Positions 1-9,754 of a stretch of 64,000 nucleotides of DNA are shown in pieces (position 1 is the first letter of the stretch; each line of letters opens with the position of its first letter). Below the pieces are notes generated by a model, which was not told the origin of the DNA, searched no databases, and saw only the letters and a list, made by a program, of their open reading frames with translations. The DNA lies in IMG/VR virus record IMGVR_UViG_3300033984_000473, positions 91,393-155,392 of that record; one strand, given 5' to 3'. The DNA comes from a virus. The position numbers and the translations under genes were made by a program.

Positions 1-15
1 TTCTATCTACTCCCA

Positions 16-366
16 TTATTCTTTTTCTTTTATAAGTTTTAATCCTTCTTGCAGTCCAATTTCCAATGCTTCTTCCCAAGTTGGGAATCTATTAATAGGA
101 AGCTTTGGGTTATTATGTGAAACGTAAATATCATTTACGGTACATACATATTCTAGTGTTTTATCAAACGCATAACTTTCTCTGGGTGTTACGTGAATAT
201 GATATTTTTCTCTAAGCCATTTTTGAAGTATAGCTTGTGTTGGCACATAGGTATATTCAACATTTTTAATGGTCATATCGTTATTATAATGTATCATTCT
301 ACCTATTGGGTAATTTTTCCCAAAAGCTAAAATAGTAGTTTCAACATTAATTTTTTCTTCTTTCAT
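16..366 (-). CDS. hypothetical protein (116 aa)
   Basis: Intact ORF in minus-strand gene train; no recognisable motif. Confidence 0.5.
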   Translation of the reverse strand: MKEEKINVETTILAFGKNYPIGRMIHYNNDMTIKNVEYTYVPTQAILQKWLREKYHIHVTPRESYAFDKTLEYVCTVNDIYVSHNNPKLPINRFPTWEEALEIGLQEGLKLIKEKE

Positions 367-444
367 AGCATTATTTAATTTTCTTTATCCACCTTAACCA
401 GATGAATGTTGTTTGTGTCAGCACCCATGTGATTATTCTCTGTT

Positions 445-642
445 TCATACTAGGTCAGTGGTTATTATTTGTTCTTCTGGTGTTAGTGGTATATTGCTAG
501 GTGATGTAGAGTGTTGTCCACATACTACGCACCATGTTATACCCAACTTGTTATCTCTAAACTTATGTTTACCGTTAGAACATTGTTGTCTTAGTTTCCA
601 ATAGTGTTCAAGTGTTTGAACCACCTTAACTATTTTACCCAT
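445..642 (-). CDS. small hypothetical protein (65 aa, Cys-containing)
   Basis: Short ORF co-oriented with neighbours; CxxC motif. Confidence 0.35.
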   Translation of the reverse strand: MGKIVKVVQTLEHYWKLRQQCSNGKHKFRDNKLGITWCVVCGQHSTSPSNIPLTPEEQIITTDLV

Positions 643-654
643 AGCCTATATATG

Positions 655-1050
655 TTAAATTGATATGTCGTACTCTTTGATGAATTGAATGATTGCTCTT
701 ACGCATTCAAGTTCGGCTTCCATAAATGTATCATAGATACCTACGCTAGTTCCTTCTGTTGGTGTTCTTCCACCGTACCAAAACTTGGCTTCACATTTTC
801 TAGGTTCTGGTGATAGGTATGGTTGTACCCATCCTTCGATTCTAAACTTCTCTCTAAAGAAATCGAATGCTTGTCCGTATGTCAGACCTAGTATGGTATC
901 TAGTGTACAGTGTGTAGAATGGAAGAAACCTAGTGCAAGTTTTTCGTTTATGTAGTTACCATGGCAAGTTACTTGTTCATTGTTAACACCGAAGTTTTTT
1001 AGTTCAAGTGCTTCTGGGTATGGTACGTAGTTTTCGTTAATATTTCTCAT
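655..1050 (-). CDS. hypothetical protein (131 aa)
   Basis: ORF in gene train. Confidence 0.5.
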   Translation of the reverse strand: MRNINENYVPYPEALELKNFGVNNEQVTCHGNYINEKLALGFFHSTHCTLDTILGLTYGQAFDFFREKFRIEGWVQPYLSPEPRKCEAKFWYGGRTPTEGTSVGIYDTFMEAELECVRAIIQFIKEYDISI

Positions 1051-1328
1051 TTGATTTGTTTTAATTTACAACCTCTAAATGTTTTCTGTCCTTTGATATA
1101 TGGGAATAGGTTATAGAAGTTTCTCCATACCTTATCGGAACGTTTCAATGATGGCACTCTAACAGATATTTGACCGTAACCACCATCACCACTTTTGACA
1201 TTGTAGGCTTTTTGGTTATCTCTGGTAACTTGCTTTGGCATATAGTTATAGTCTGGTCTTCCATTCCATCTAAGTCCCCAGTGTCCGTTATAGGATTTGA
1301 CTAGTCTGTATATTGGTTTTTCTTCCAT
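1047..1328 (-). CDS. hypothetical protein (93 aa)
   Basis: ORF with 4-nt overlap with upstream gene (ATGA-type coupling). Confidence 0.5.
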   Translation of the reverse strand: MEEKPIYRLVKSYNGHWGLRWNGRPDYNYMPKQVTRDNQKAYNVKSGDGGYGQISVRVPSLKRSDKVWRNFYNLFPYIKGQKTFRGCKLKQIK

Positions 1329-2077
1329 TAGTATCTTTCGTTAAATCGTTTAAGGATATCTAGTAGATAAGGGTCTAGTTTACTTTCTACGTAGTCTATA
1401 TCTGCTTGTGTTAGGTCTTGAAGGTGATAGTTTAGTAGTTCACCAACTATTGATGCGTTTGTATCGGTATCACCGCCACAGCTAACAACGTTTTTGATAG
1501 CATCTTGGGTGTTCTTATCTGAATGATAGATAAATGCACTTTTACAGAATCTAAAAGTATCTTTGGCTTTCACTTCAAACTTTTTAAATGGAAATAATTT
1601 AAACTTAATAAAGTAGTCATACTCCTTAACGTTTGCATAGTACAGTTCAGCCAGTTCCAACGAATATACAATGCTTTCAGCGTTCACGTGTGATGTTAGG
1701 CAAGATTCAGCGATAAGTTCTTTGGTTGTTAACAAAGCATTTGATAGATACATAAACGGTGCTATTCTCATAAGACAGCCGTTACCCCAAGATTTATTAA
1801 TGGTACCCATTGGTGAGTTAAGCCATTCTTTGAAGTCTTTCCCATAGTGGTCGCCTTGGTATCTCATACCAACTTCTTTGTATGCTTCCTCGAATGATTG
1901 GTTATCTAGGATTGCTTTGGCAGTTGCCAGTGTCATTAGCGTATCATCGCTAAATACTGAATCTGGGTTATGTAGGTTGATTGTATCTTCTGGTGGGAAG
2001 TTTGCCATAATGGGAAACTCGTAGGGTTGTCCTACGAGGTCACCAAGTATTGCTCCGTATAGTTTATCTTTTTTCAT
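1328..2077 (-). CDS. ADP-ribosylglycohydrolase family protein
   Basis: N-terminal GAILGDLVGQPYE, central GNGCLMRIAP, C-terminal GGDTDTNASIVGEL, the three hallmark ARH/DraG motifs. Start moved to MKKDK because the ORF-track start reads through the promoter -7 box. Confidence 0.8.
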   Translation of the reverse strand: MKKDKLYGAILGDLVGQPYEFPIMANFPPEDTINLHNPDSVFSDDTLMTLATAKAILDNQSFEEAYKEVGMRYQGDHYGKDFKEWLNSPMGTINKSWGNGCLMRIAPFMYLSNALLTTKELIAESCLTSHVNAESIVYSLELAELYYANVKEYDYFIKFKLFPFKKFEVKAKDTFRFCKSAFIYHSDKNTQDAIKNVVSCGGDTDTNASIVGELLNYHLQDLTQADIDYVESKLDPYLLDILKRFNERY

Positions 2078-2081
2078 AGTA

Positions 2082-2114
2082 CAAAGGTACATATAATATT
2101 TCATATATGCAAAT
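2082..2114 (-). promoter_or_regulatory. promoter (-33 TTTG / -7 TACCTTTG), leaderless type (ATG 4 nt after the -7 box)
   Basis: gtacaaaggtacatataatatttcatatatgcaaa. Confidence 0.6.
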
Positions 2115-2127
2115 TTAATATTAGAAA

Positions 2128-2535
2128 TTAGTCAACCAGAGCGTAGTAATGTACATTCCACAATTCATCAGCATCAATTTCTTTTAGCAATTGTAGTGCA
2201 TCTTCATCAGACGTTGGTTCTCTATCAACTTTGATAGCACCTTCGTCACCCGATTCTGTTCTGTATTGTATGTACCAACCTTTTTCTGTTGGGGTAAATG
2301 ACTTGTCGGTGTTTGACGAATAGAACACTGGGTTATTCTTTTTGACATTATTTTGCCAGAATAAGGTTTCCAATTCTTCATCGATTAACGGTTTGTAATC
2401 GGCTGTATTATCTTCGTTAAGATGCCAAGTGATTGTTATTTCACCATCAACCCATTGGATTTCTTCTCTGACGTATGAGTGACCTTCGGCTTCGCATAGC
2501 CATTTTCTTCTTGATTCTAGTTTTCTGATATTCAT
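2128..2535 (-). CDS. hypothetical protein (135 aa)
   Basis: ORF in gene train. Confidence 0.5.
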   Translation of the reverse strand: MNIRKLESRRKWLCEAEGHSYVREEIQWVDGEITITWHLNEDNTADYKPLIDEELETLFWQNNVKKNNPVFYSSNTDKSFTPTEKGWYIQYRTESGDEGAIKVDREPTSDEDALQLLKEIDADELWNVHYYALVD

Positions 2536-2696
2536 AGTATTAGTATTTACTGCTAAGATATTGGATTTCCTTTAAGGTGTAGCAACCATCAAAAACACTA
2601 TTTGCTTTTGAAAGTAATTCCATATATCTTTTATGTGATATTTTATTGAATAGATTTCTTTTACCCTTTAGGTAAACTCGTAGTAGTCTAAACATA

Positions 2697-2981
2697 TTAC
2701 TTCTTTTTAAATTGTTCTTTTAACTCCCTTTTGATATCTCGATATGAGTCTGGGTTTATACCATTAATCAAAAATGCCAATGGTATATAAAACAACAACA
2801 TGATGTAAGTCAGTGGGTTATAGATGTTTATTCTAATTTCACTATAATAATCATTATTGTTTTTCCAAACATTCTGGTCGGTTATGATAAGTTTGAACAA
2901 TTTTATTTGCACCATGAATCGCATAAAACCACTTAGTCTACGCATTTCAAATTTTCGATATTCTTTTAAGGTCATTTTCAT
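2697..2981 (-). CDS. hypothetical membrane protein (94 aa)
   Basis: Hydrophobic segment LTYIMLLFYIPLAFLI; promoter -7 box 3 nt upstream of ATG. Confidence 0.45.
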   Translation of the reverse strand: MKMTLKEYRKFEMRRLSGFMRFMVQIKLFKLIITDQNVWKNNNDYYSEIRINIYNPLTYIMLLFYIPLAFLINGINPDSYRDIKRELKEQFKKK

Positions 2982-3021
2982 ACTACAAAGGTACGAATAC
3001 TATTTCAAAAAAGCAAGTAAA

Positions 3022-3360
3022 TTACAGAATATTTAGAAACTCTGCCAATTTATCTTCAATCATTTCACCCACGTCCAAATCGGTTCCTTTGGCTGACGTT
3101 CTAACAAGACAGCTCATTAACCCTAAAGCTTCTGCTTTGGTTAATTCTAGTGTAAACTTAGGTTCTACATATAGAATTGAGTCTGATTCATCATCCAAGC
3201 AACTTATCCAGTAATCACCAAGACTTTCGTCATTGGCAAACGATGCACATTTAGCTTCTAATTTAAGTTCACAAGACTTTTCACCACCATTATTGGTGTT
3301 ATGTAAATTGCAAGTAGCACAGCTTCTATTTGAGTAATCTCTTACACGAGTTTCTGGCAT
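3022..3360 (-). CDS. hypothetical Cys-rich protein (112 aa)
   Basis: ORF; multiple Cys (CATCNLH, SCELKLEAKC). Confidence 0.5.
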   Translation of the reverse strand: MPETRVRDYSNRSCATCNLHNTNNGGEKSCELKLEAKCASFANDESLGDYWISCLDDESDSILYVEPKFTLELTKAEALGLMSCLVRTSAKGTDLDVGEMIEDKLAEFLNIL

Positions 3361-3361
3361 C

Positions 3362-3550
3362 TTATTTCTTTTTAAGGATTTCTTTTAGCTTCGCCACGAT
3401 TTCTCTGTAAGCATATTCCTCACCTACTTCAACGCCATACTCATAGCTATCGTCAAAGTTTCCATTGTCCCAGTGTTCCACTTCAAAATCAAAATCTGGG
3501 TCAATCTTTGATTCCATTTCGTTCAATAATCCTTCTAATTCTTCTTGCAT
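3362..3550 (-). CDS. small acidic hypothetical protein (62 aa)
   Basis: Short ORF tightly packed between neighbours. Confidence 0.4.
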   Translation of the reverse strand: MQEELEGLLNEMESKIDPDFDFEVEHWDNGNFDDSYEYGVEVGEEYAYREIVAKLKEILKKK

Positions 3551-3552
3551 AG

Positions 3553-4161
3553 TTATTGTTTTTTAAATTGTTTAAACCATTGTTTTAAATCTACCTTAAC
3601 TAAAGCAGATTGTAATGCTTCTGAAATTATAATTTTAACTTCTTCCTCATTATAAAGACTTTTCATCTTAGCATCCAAATCGTTAATGATTGATTTGAGT
3701 GCTGATATTTCAAAGTTAAGTGCGTTGATATTCATGTTTTCTCTTTCCCATTTAACACCTTCCTCAAAGCTTTTAGGGCATTGCCAAACTCCGCTGTTTG
3801 CAAAATCTTTGGTTGCTTTCTCTAGCATTGCTTTTTTGATATCTTTCGTACCGTGATAGATTTCTTCAAGTTCTTCTGGCATGATACCAAATAGTGTATT
3901 GATACCTTTTGAATTACCGCCAATAAAGTAGTTTGTTATTAGGACACGTCTTTCAGTTTCTTGTTTGGCTAACCACCATGTTCTGACAATCTTATCGGTA
4001 TATCGGTCTTCAACTTCTCTCTCCCACATTGTTTCAATTTCGCTACCAGTAAGGCTACCAGTTTGTCTATCTGGAAAATATAATCTTGTAGCATCGGCTT
4101 GACATTTAGCCATTCTACCGCTATTCCACCAACCCATTGCGTTTTCTCTCGTTGTAGTCAT
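3553..4161 (-). CDS. hypothetical protein (202 aa)
   Basis: ORF in gene train. Confidence 0.55.
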   Translation of the reverse strand: MTTTRENAMGWWNSGRMAKCQADATRLYFPDRQTGSLTGSEIETMWEREVEDRYTDKIVRTWWLAKQETERRVLITNYFIGGNSKGINTLFGIMPEELEEIYHGTKDIKKAMLEKATKDFANSGVWQCPKSFEEGVKWERENMNINALNFEISALKSIINDLDAKMKSLYNEEEVKIIISEALQSALVKVDLKQWFKQFKKQ

Positions 4162-4976
4162 TATCTTTTTAATTTATCAATGATTTCTTTAAATTTAATC
4201 ATGTAATCATAGTGTACATTTTCATTATGAACAATACTAAGTCTGTCAAAAATAAATGTTAAGTGTTTGATATCATCTTCGGATATATTTTCAGATATGT
4301 TTTCATCAAAGCCATCGATAAATCCAATACATTCCTCTTGTGTATGTTTTTCTTTCACATATTTATCCAAGGCTTTTGCAAGTCTATCTTTGTGAGTTAC
4401 TTTAGATTGTTCTCTTATCTTAAACCTTTGCATTGGTGATAACCATTCACCATCGCCACCGAAATACTTTTTAGGTATCTTAAATATATTAAGAAAATCA
4501 TCTATGTTTAATGTTTTTTCACTAGGTAGCTCAATGTAGTACATGAGTTTTTCGTAGTCACCTTCTTGACAGATTAAACTAACACAGAAACCATGTTTAT
4601 CGTAAAATTTAATTTCGGATTCAATCTTGACAAAATCATGCGTTGGGTTTTTGGCGTACCATTCCAGAACTTCCATGGATATTTCTTGAACACCCGCTCT
4701 GATAAGTTCTTGGTCGGTGGTCATAATGATTTTCTTACAGTATAGTTTACCGTATTCATCAGAGGTAAATCCTTTGTCTTTAAAGATAATATTATTATCA
4801 ATGTTGATTCCCCATTCATCAAGCTTCGGTTCTTCATTGATTGTGATGTGCATATCCAAGGCATCCATTCTAAGTGATGGTTCACCGAATATTGGTGTAT
4901 AATCAAAACGAACCCTACCATTCATGACGGTAAGGTAAGCTTTTTCTTGTGTTATTGTTAGGTGTATGTTTTTCAT
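4161..4976 (-). CDS. hypothetical protein (271 aa)
   Basis: ORF; consensus promoter immediately upstream (leaderless arrangement). Confidence 0.55.
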   Translation of the reverse strand: MKNIHLTITQEKAYLTVMNGRVRFDYTPIFGEPSLRMDALDMHITINEEPKLDEWGINIDNNIIFKDKGFTSDEYGKLYCKKIIMTTDQELIRAGVQEISMEVLEWYAKNPTHDFVKIESEIKFYDKHGFCVSLICQEGDYEKLMYYIELPSEKTLNIDDFLNIFKIPKKYFGGDGEWLSPMQRFKIREQSKVTHKDRLAKALDKYVKEKHTQEECIGFIDGFDENISENISEDDIKHLTFIFDRLSIVHNENVHYDYMIKFKEIIDKLKR

Positions 4977-5012
4977 AGTACAAAGGTATGTAAAGTTTTT
5001 GGAATATCCTAA

Positions 5013-5303
5013 TTAATCTGTAACAAAATGACAACTTGCAAGTCCTTGAATTGAAATCATGCGATAGAAATCATCTAAGTTAATCATTCTAGGTGTTTTA
5101 TCAGCATAAGAATGTGCATAATACATAATGGTAAAGTCATGGATATATTCTGTGATATGCCAACATGGTGACTTACTTGAATAGTAGGTATTGAATATTC
5201 CAGTAGGTTTATGTAGTATCATCAAATCAACAAATTCATCCATTGATAATTTTTCAGTTTTTACACTTACTACTTCGACTAACCTATATAATTTTATTTC
5301 CAT
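5013..5303 (-). CDS. hypothetical protein (96 aa)
   Basis: ORF in gene train. Confidence 0.45.
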   Translation of the reverse strand: MEIKLYRLVEVVSVKTEKLSMDEFVDLMILHKPTGIFNTYYSSKSPCWHITEYIHDFTIMYYAHSYADKTPRMINLDDFYRMISIQGLASCHFVTD

Positions 5304-5472
5304 CTACGAGTTTTAATATACGAGAAGACTTAGGGCAAAGCACCATATCTTCTCCAATGCGTTCATATTGAACACCATTTATTTCTAGTGTCTTTCCGTT
5401 TCTCTTTGAGTTTCTGATTTCTTTCAGACTGGTTGAATCGTCTTCGCACCAGAATCTTTTTGATTTACTCAT
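5284..5472 (-). CDS. small basic hypothetical protein (62 aa)
   Basis: Short ORF overlapping neighbours by a few nt. Confidence 0.4.
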   Translation of the reverse strand: MSKSKRFWCEDDSTSLKEIRNSKRNGKTLEINGVQYERIGEDMVLCPKSSRILKLVDGNKII

Positions 5473-5830
5473 GGTATTGTTCAGCCAATTCGATTACTCT
5501 AATTACCTTAGAGGTTTCTTGTTTGATGATAAGGTGTTGGAATCTCTCATAGAACTTCACATCGGTAGCTTCAAACTCATGGATAAACCAACCTTGTTCT
5601 TGTAGTTGTAGGATATCTTCGTTAGTAAACCAATTGTATAATGTTTCTAAGCTTTCGGTAGCTGAAAGCCAACCAACAATCTCTGGGTCGAAATCCATTT
5701 CAAGTTTGTTGTTCAAACAAAAGCTAAATTCCTCATGGATAAGTCCTGTAAATTGACCTTTCCAATCGTACCACAATCCTTGTAGGGTATCTTTGTGGCA
5801 TACTCTGTAATATATTTTTTTATTGCTCAT
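5465..5830 (-). CDS. hypothetical protein (121 aa)
   Basis: ORF in gene train. Confidence 0.5.
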   Translation of the reverse strand: MSNKKIYYRVCHKDTLQGLWYDWKGQFTGLIHEEFSFCLNNKLEMDFDPEIVGWLSATESLETLYNWFTNEDILQLQEQGWFIHEFEATDVKFYERFQHLIIKQETSKVIRVIELAEQYHE

Positions 5831-6014
5831 TTTTCAATGTTTTTCTGCCCACACATTTTGTTTCTTCTTTGCAATCCCATAACCCACCTCTTTTCTCTGA
5901 TGGTATCATATGACAGTTATGTGGTTTGTTATGTTTTTTTGAATGTTCGATAATTATATCGTTATGCTGTGTTCTAACAACCCATGGACATTCCTTGCAT
6001 GGTTTCTTACTCAT
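5820..6014 (-). CDS. small Cys/His-rich protein (64 aa), possible zinc-binding
   Basis: CKECPW...HNCH...CKEETKC pattern. Confidence 0.4.
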   Translation of the reverse strand: MSKKPCKECPWVVRTQHNDIIIEHSKKHNKPHNCHMIPSEKRGGLWDCKEETKCVGRKTLKNEQ

Positions 6015-6390
6015 TTTTCAATGTTTTTAACTTGGCTTCCAACGCTTCAATATCACGTTGTTTTTTGGCATCCGCTTTCACTTTCAATGCGTTGTGGTAC
6101 GCTTCGATTTCTACTTGTTTAGCAAGACGATATTCAACACCGTACAAATCCAACTCGCCATGGTCACAGTGCCAGTCACAACTAACGTGTGTTGCACCAT
6201 GCGACCTCATTTGAGTTAGGTTATTGATAAGAGTTTCAATATCTACAAGACCAACATCGGTCAATGCACCATCACCTAATTCAATATAGTTATCGTGTTT
6301 GTCGTAATCGTAACCCATTTCCTCATATGGTCTTGAGTCCATTGAGATTTCTTGAATATTTTTCTGATGTAAATAGATAGCGTTTTTCAT
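6007..6390 (-). CDS. hypothetical protein (127 aa)
   Basis: ORF in gene train. Confidence 0.5.
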   Translation of the reverse strand: MKNAIYLHQKNIQEISMDSRPYEEMGYDYDKHDNYIELGDGALTDVGLVDIETLINNLTQMRSHGATHVSCDWHCDHGELDLYGVEYRLAKQVEIEAYHNALKVKADAKKQRDIEALEAKLKTLKNE

Positions 6391-6394
6391 TGTT

Positions 6395-6751
6395 TTAAGA
6401 TTTGATTGTTGATACTTTAGTTATTCTTCCACCGCCACCCCAAGAGTAGAAATCTGGGTGTTCCACTGCGTAGCTTAGTGCTTCTTTAAGAGTTCCCTCG
6501 AAGATACCTAAGTCTGGTTCGTGGTGATATCCACCCATATCACAGTTAGGGTCTTCACCTTTGATTTTCCATAAGCCAAAATCATCAAGGTTATTCTTAG
6601 CCATTAGTTCTTTGGCAGAGTAAGCACCATCTAAGTATTTTTGAATCTTGCGTTCAACCAGTGGTATTCTCTCTATGGCTTCTAGCTTTTCTTTTTCAAG
6701 GTTTAGCTTTTGAATTTCTTTTTCGATTTCGTTGATGCGGTTTTGACTCAT
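6395..6751 (-). CDS. hypothetical protein (118 aa), N-terminal coiled coil
   Basis: ORF; heptad-like N-terminus. Confidence 0.5.
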   Translation of the reverse strand: MSQNRINEIEKEIQKLNLEKEKLEAIERIPLVERKIQKYLDGAYSAKELMAKNNLDDFGLWKIKGEDPNCDMGGYHHEPDLGIFEGTLKEALSYAVEHPDFYSWGGGGRITKVSTIKS

Positions 6752-6803
6752 AGTATTTCGATATTAGATTACAAAGGTATGAATAATATTTCAGACTACC
6801 AAA

Positions 6804-7388
6804 TTAAAATGTAAATTTTAATTTATAATTGTTTGATTCCCAGATTTCACTCGTAATGTCTAGTTTATCTTTAAGAATTTCTAACATTTTCTCGTGATTC
6901 CTAGACCGATACAATGTCATTTTACCAGTACAAGTTTCAATAACCCATGGATAATTTTCCTCATTTTTCCTACACTTCAATTTAAAATCGTTCAAACCAT
7001 GGTCTTGGTTTATAATCGTAACCACCAACTGATAATAAACCAAATGATACATATAACCACCTTCACCACAATGTCTATTTTCACATTTAATAATTCTAAA
7101 CTCCATAGTTTCTCTAGGGAAATAAAAACACTCATAGTAAACACCTTCGGTATCTTTATAATAATCTAAAATATCATCATTTATTAATTTAGCACCATAA
7201 TCACTAATGTTGGCTTTGAACCTTTTTTCCATGGTAAAACCCTTACCATCTGCGAAAAATATTTGATTGCGTCTTTCATCGTATCTTTCGAATGTAGTAA
7301 GGGTGTTATCGTAATACTCTTTAAACTCTTTCAAGTCAAAGTTATCGTAATAGGTAGTTTCTTGTCTAACTAACTTCTTCATTGACAT
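6804..7388 (-). CDS. hypothetical protein (194 aa), paralog family A
   Basis: N-terminal RQETTYYDNF motif shared with the 11968..12333 product (RQESTYYEDF). Confidence 0.55.
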   Translation of the reverse strand: MSMKKLVRQETTYYDNFDLKEFKEYYDNTLTTFERYDERRNQIFFADGKGFTMEKRFKANISDYGAKLINDDILDYYKDTEGVYYECFYFPRETMEFRIIKCENRHCGEGGYMYHLVYYQLVVTIINQDHGLNDFKLKCRKNEENYPWVIETCTGKMTLYRSRNHEKMLEILKDKLDITSEIWESNNYKLKFTF

Positions 7389-7848
7389 CTTCCACTACTT
7401 CAAAATAAAAAGTTTCGTCATTATATTTAAGTGAAAACTTTAATTGGTTGTTAATAACCAATGAACTAGAAATCATAAACCCAACAGCATCTTTGTAGTA
7501 TTCAGAACCTTTAGGTATTGTACACTCATAAATCTTGTGAATTTCGTTACCTTCAACTAAAACCTTCTTTGCACTTTCCAGATTATCAATCGAATGGAAC
7601 CCTTGTCCTAGACAAATCAAATCTGGTTCTCTTTTCCACCCATTAGGATAATTTGATTGTAACCATTCAACATCGAGAATACCTAGACAACACCATTCAT
7701 CTGAATGTTCTATCTTTTCTGTATAAACCTTACCTATTTCATAGGTGAATAACTGATAAACAGCACTCTCATTTTCGGTTAATACTTTGAAAACAGTAAT
7801 GTCTTCATTAGCAATCAATGCTATTTTTTGTGTTGTAATTAAGCACAT
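7366..7848 (-). CDS. hypothetical protein (160 aa)
   Basis: ORF in gene train. Confidence 0.5.
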   Translation of the reverse strand: MCLITTQKIALIANEDITVFKVLTENESAVYQLFTYEIGKVYTEKIEHSDEWCCLGILDVEWLQSNYPNGWKREPDLICLGQGFHSIDNLESAKKVLVEGNEIHKIYECTIPKGSEYYKDAVGFMISSSLVINNQLKFSLKYNDETFYFEVVEDVNEEVS

Positions 7849-7866
7849 AATATTTTTGTTTTTAGA

Positions 7867-8940
7867 TTAATCTTCGTCTTCTTCGTATTCATCAACATAC
7901 GATTTGTTGATTTCAGCAAATGCTTCAAGCAACTTTTGGTGGTGTGCGTGTTCGCCACATTGTGGTGTTAAGTACAAAACGTGTGGGTAAAATCTACTAG
8001 ACATTGGGTGCATATTACCTCTAATGTTGATAAGGTCAACAATTCTATCACCATAAGCATCCAAGTCCTTGAAATACTTATTGACAATTGTTGCTGATTT
8101 TTCAGCTTTGGCTAATATTTTCTTAACGCTTTCTTCGTTTTTAACATCACCATCACTTGCCAACTCTAACATCATTGCTTTCAAGTCCAACTCTCGTTCC
8201 ATATTTCCAAATCTGTCACCAAAGATGTAATTTAGCGTTGACATTTGTTTTCTTTCTGACATCAATCTCCATGCTTCGCTTTTGGTTTTACCTTTAAGGT
8301 ATTGCAATTCTTCTGGAACATCAATGTACGTTTCAATGCTACTCTCGTTTCCTTTACCCATGTGGTAAACATATCGCCTACTTTGACTTAACAAAGTGCT
8401 TCCATCGGAGTACAAGATAGTATCACCTTTTTTGTATGCAGTCTTAAATCTTGTTGGGTCGTAGTTGTTAATCTCAAATCCTTCAACTATTTCTAAACCT
8501 AATAGCTTTGTCATTTCTGGTGTGCCATAGTCCATATACCCTTGGTCGTGAATGTTTAAGTTTTGAATCATTACTTCATATACTTGTTTGTCAACCCACA
8601 TAAAACGCCAGTTAGCAACTTCTTCCAGTCTATCGTTAGCTTCCAGTTTTGCTTTGGTAGCTTTAGCTTCATCTCTATCGTAGGTAAATTTACCATCGAC
8701 CAAGAACTCAACAAATTCATCAATCGTGATACCTAAGTGGTCTTCGATTAATTTGGTGTTGTCGTCATGAATGATGTCTTCCATTCCACCGTAGTCATTG
8801 TATCTACCGAAGATAGGCAACGTAGATGGTAAGTAACCGCCATACTCACTGCTATCACCTTTGATAGGTATAATTACACATTCATTTCCAGATGTAATAG
8901 CGATATTACTTATTCCACAGCTTACTGACCAACTTCCCAT
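7867..8940 (-). CDS. hypothetical protein (357 aa)
   Basis: Long ORF. ORF-track start (8967) is a TTG inside the -7 box; the ATG at 8940 (MGSWSVSCG...) is the likely start. Confidence 0.55.
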   Translation of the reverse strand: MGSWSVSCGISNIAITSGNECVIIPIKGDSSEYGGYLPSTLPIFGRYNDYGGMEDIIHDDNTKLIEDHLGITIDEFVEFLVDGKFTYDRDEAKATKAKLEANDRLEEVANWRFMWVDKQVYEVMIQNLNIHDQGYMDYGTPEMTKLLGLEIVEGFEINNYDPTRFKTAYKKGDTILYSDGSTLLSQSRRYVYHMGKGNESSIETYIDVPEELQYLKGKTKSEAWRLMSERKQMSTLNYIFGDRFGNMERELDLKAMMLELASDGDVKNEESVKKILAKAEKSATIVNKYFKDLDAYGDRIVDLINIRGNMHPMSSRFYPHVLYLTPQCGEHAHHQKLLEAFAEINKSYVDEYEEDED

Positions 8941-8964
8941 AATAGTTTCTTTTAGATTAGAGTA

Positions 8965-8996
8965 CAAAGGTATGTATAATATTTTAGATATGCAAA
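8965..8996 (-). promoter_or_regulatory. promoter (-33 TTTG / -7 TACCTTTG), 24-nt leader
   Basis: agtacaaaggtatgtataatattttagatatgcaaa. Confidence 0.6.
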
Positions 8997-8999
8997 TTT

Positions 9000-9239
9000 T
9001 TAATCAAAAAAATCAGTATCAAATGTCCAATTAAAAAATGCAAAGAGAATAGCTTGGCAAATCCCTACAAAACCAAACATTAAAACAACACCAAGACCTA
9101 TTAGTGTGAACATACCAATCATTAATGGTATTACTAACCAATTTGATGTATTGTTACTCATAAAGACTACACTATACACAGAAAATAACCAGAATAATAA
9201 AAGTAAAATTCTGGTTATTAGTTTTAATTTATTTTCCAT
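9000..9239 (-). CDS. small membrane protein
   Basis: Two hydrophobic helices; start trimmed to the internal Met MENKL to avoid a 31-nt overlap. Confidence 0.4.
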   Translation of the reverse strand: MENKLKLITRILLLLFWLFSVYSVVFMSNNTSNWLVIPLMIGMFTLIGLGVVLMFGFVGICQAILFAFFNWTFDTDFFD

Positions 9240-9496
9240 TATCGATTTGGATTTGTTCCACACCCACAACCCTTAGACCCAACATATTGAGCTTTGTTAT
9301 AGACTGAACTGGATAAATAATAATGTCCGTTGGTACCAATTGGTGGTGTAACAGATAGTCCACCGCCAGATGATTCAACACTCCAAGCCTTAACGACTTG
9401 ACCATCATTCATGTAGATAAGGTATTGATAAGCACCTTTCTTTTGACAACTGACTACCATTAACATAATGGCTAGTAATAATAAGATTTTTTTCAT
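9239..9496 (-). CDS. putative lipoprotein (85 aa)
   Basis: Signal peptide with lipobox-like LMVVSC. Confidence 0.45.
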   Translation of the reverse strand: MKKILLLLAIMLMVVSCQKKGAYQYLIYMNDGQVVKAWSVESSGGGLSVTPPIGTNGHYYLSSSVYNKAQYVGSKGCGCGTNPNR

Positions 9497-9499
9497 AAT

Positions 9500-9754
9500 T
9501 TAAGGCATTACCCAATATAGCTTTCCATGTTTGTAGCATACTGGTATGTTTGTTAATGGTTGTTCCAATGGTACTCGGTGTATAACTACTTCACCGTTAG
9601 GTGTTTGTATCACTACCATTCTTGTTTTGTTCGGTGTTGGTATTGCGTAGGTTACTTCACCGTTTATACGGATTGATTCTTTACAGATATTTTCAAGGTT
9701 CACACAAGATATGGTGAAAATAAAAAAGATTACGAAAGCATAAAGATATTTCAT
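9500..9754 (-). CDS. secreted small protein (84 aa)
   Basis: N-terminal signal-peptide-like segment. Confidence 0.45.
   Translation of the reverse strand: MKYLYAFVIFFIFTISCVNLENICKESIRINGEVTYAIPTPNKTRMVVIQTPNGEVVIHRVPLEQPLTNIPVCYKHGKLYWVMP

Noticed and set aside
413-604. Plus-strand ORFs of 60-130 aa scattered throughout (e.g. 413..604, 4717..4902, 6894..7169, 10192..10374, 14327..14605, 17868..18254, 23915..24295, 33221..33514, 43481..43981, 48703..49035, 61381..61785)
   Set aside because: All lie antisense to longer, motif-bearing minus-strand genes. They are low-complexity (Ser/Leu/Ile/Phe-rich) and lack upstream promoter elements in plus orientation. Treated as spurious.
8941-8967. N-terminal extensions in the ORF track such as 'MYSNL...', 'MKYYMYLCTMKK...', 'MGIICLFKILVVPLYELKIKQMKF...', 'MLVLFIYLIEKVIKNNKHLFIQKFLCTFVKKYITM...'
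   Set aside because: These begin at TTG or GTG codons inside the TAcCTTTGTA -7 box and read through the promoter. The first ATG downstream of the promoter is the credible start. I trimmed those genes accordingly.
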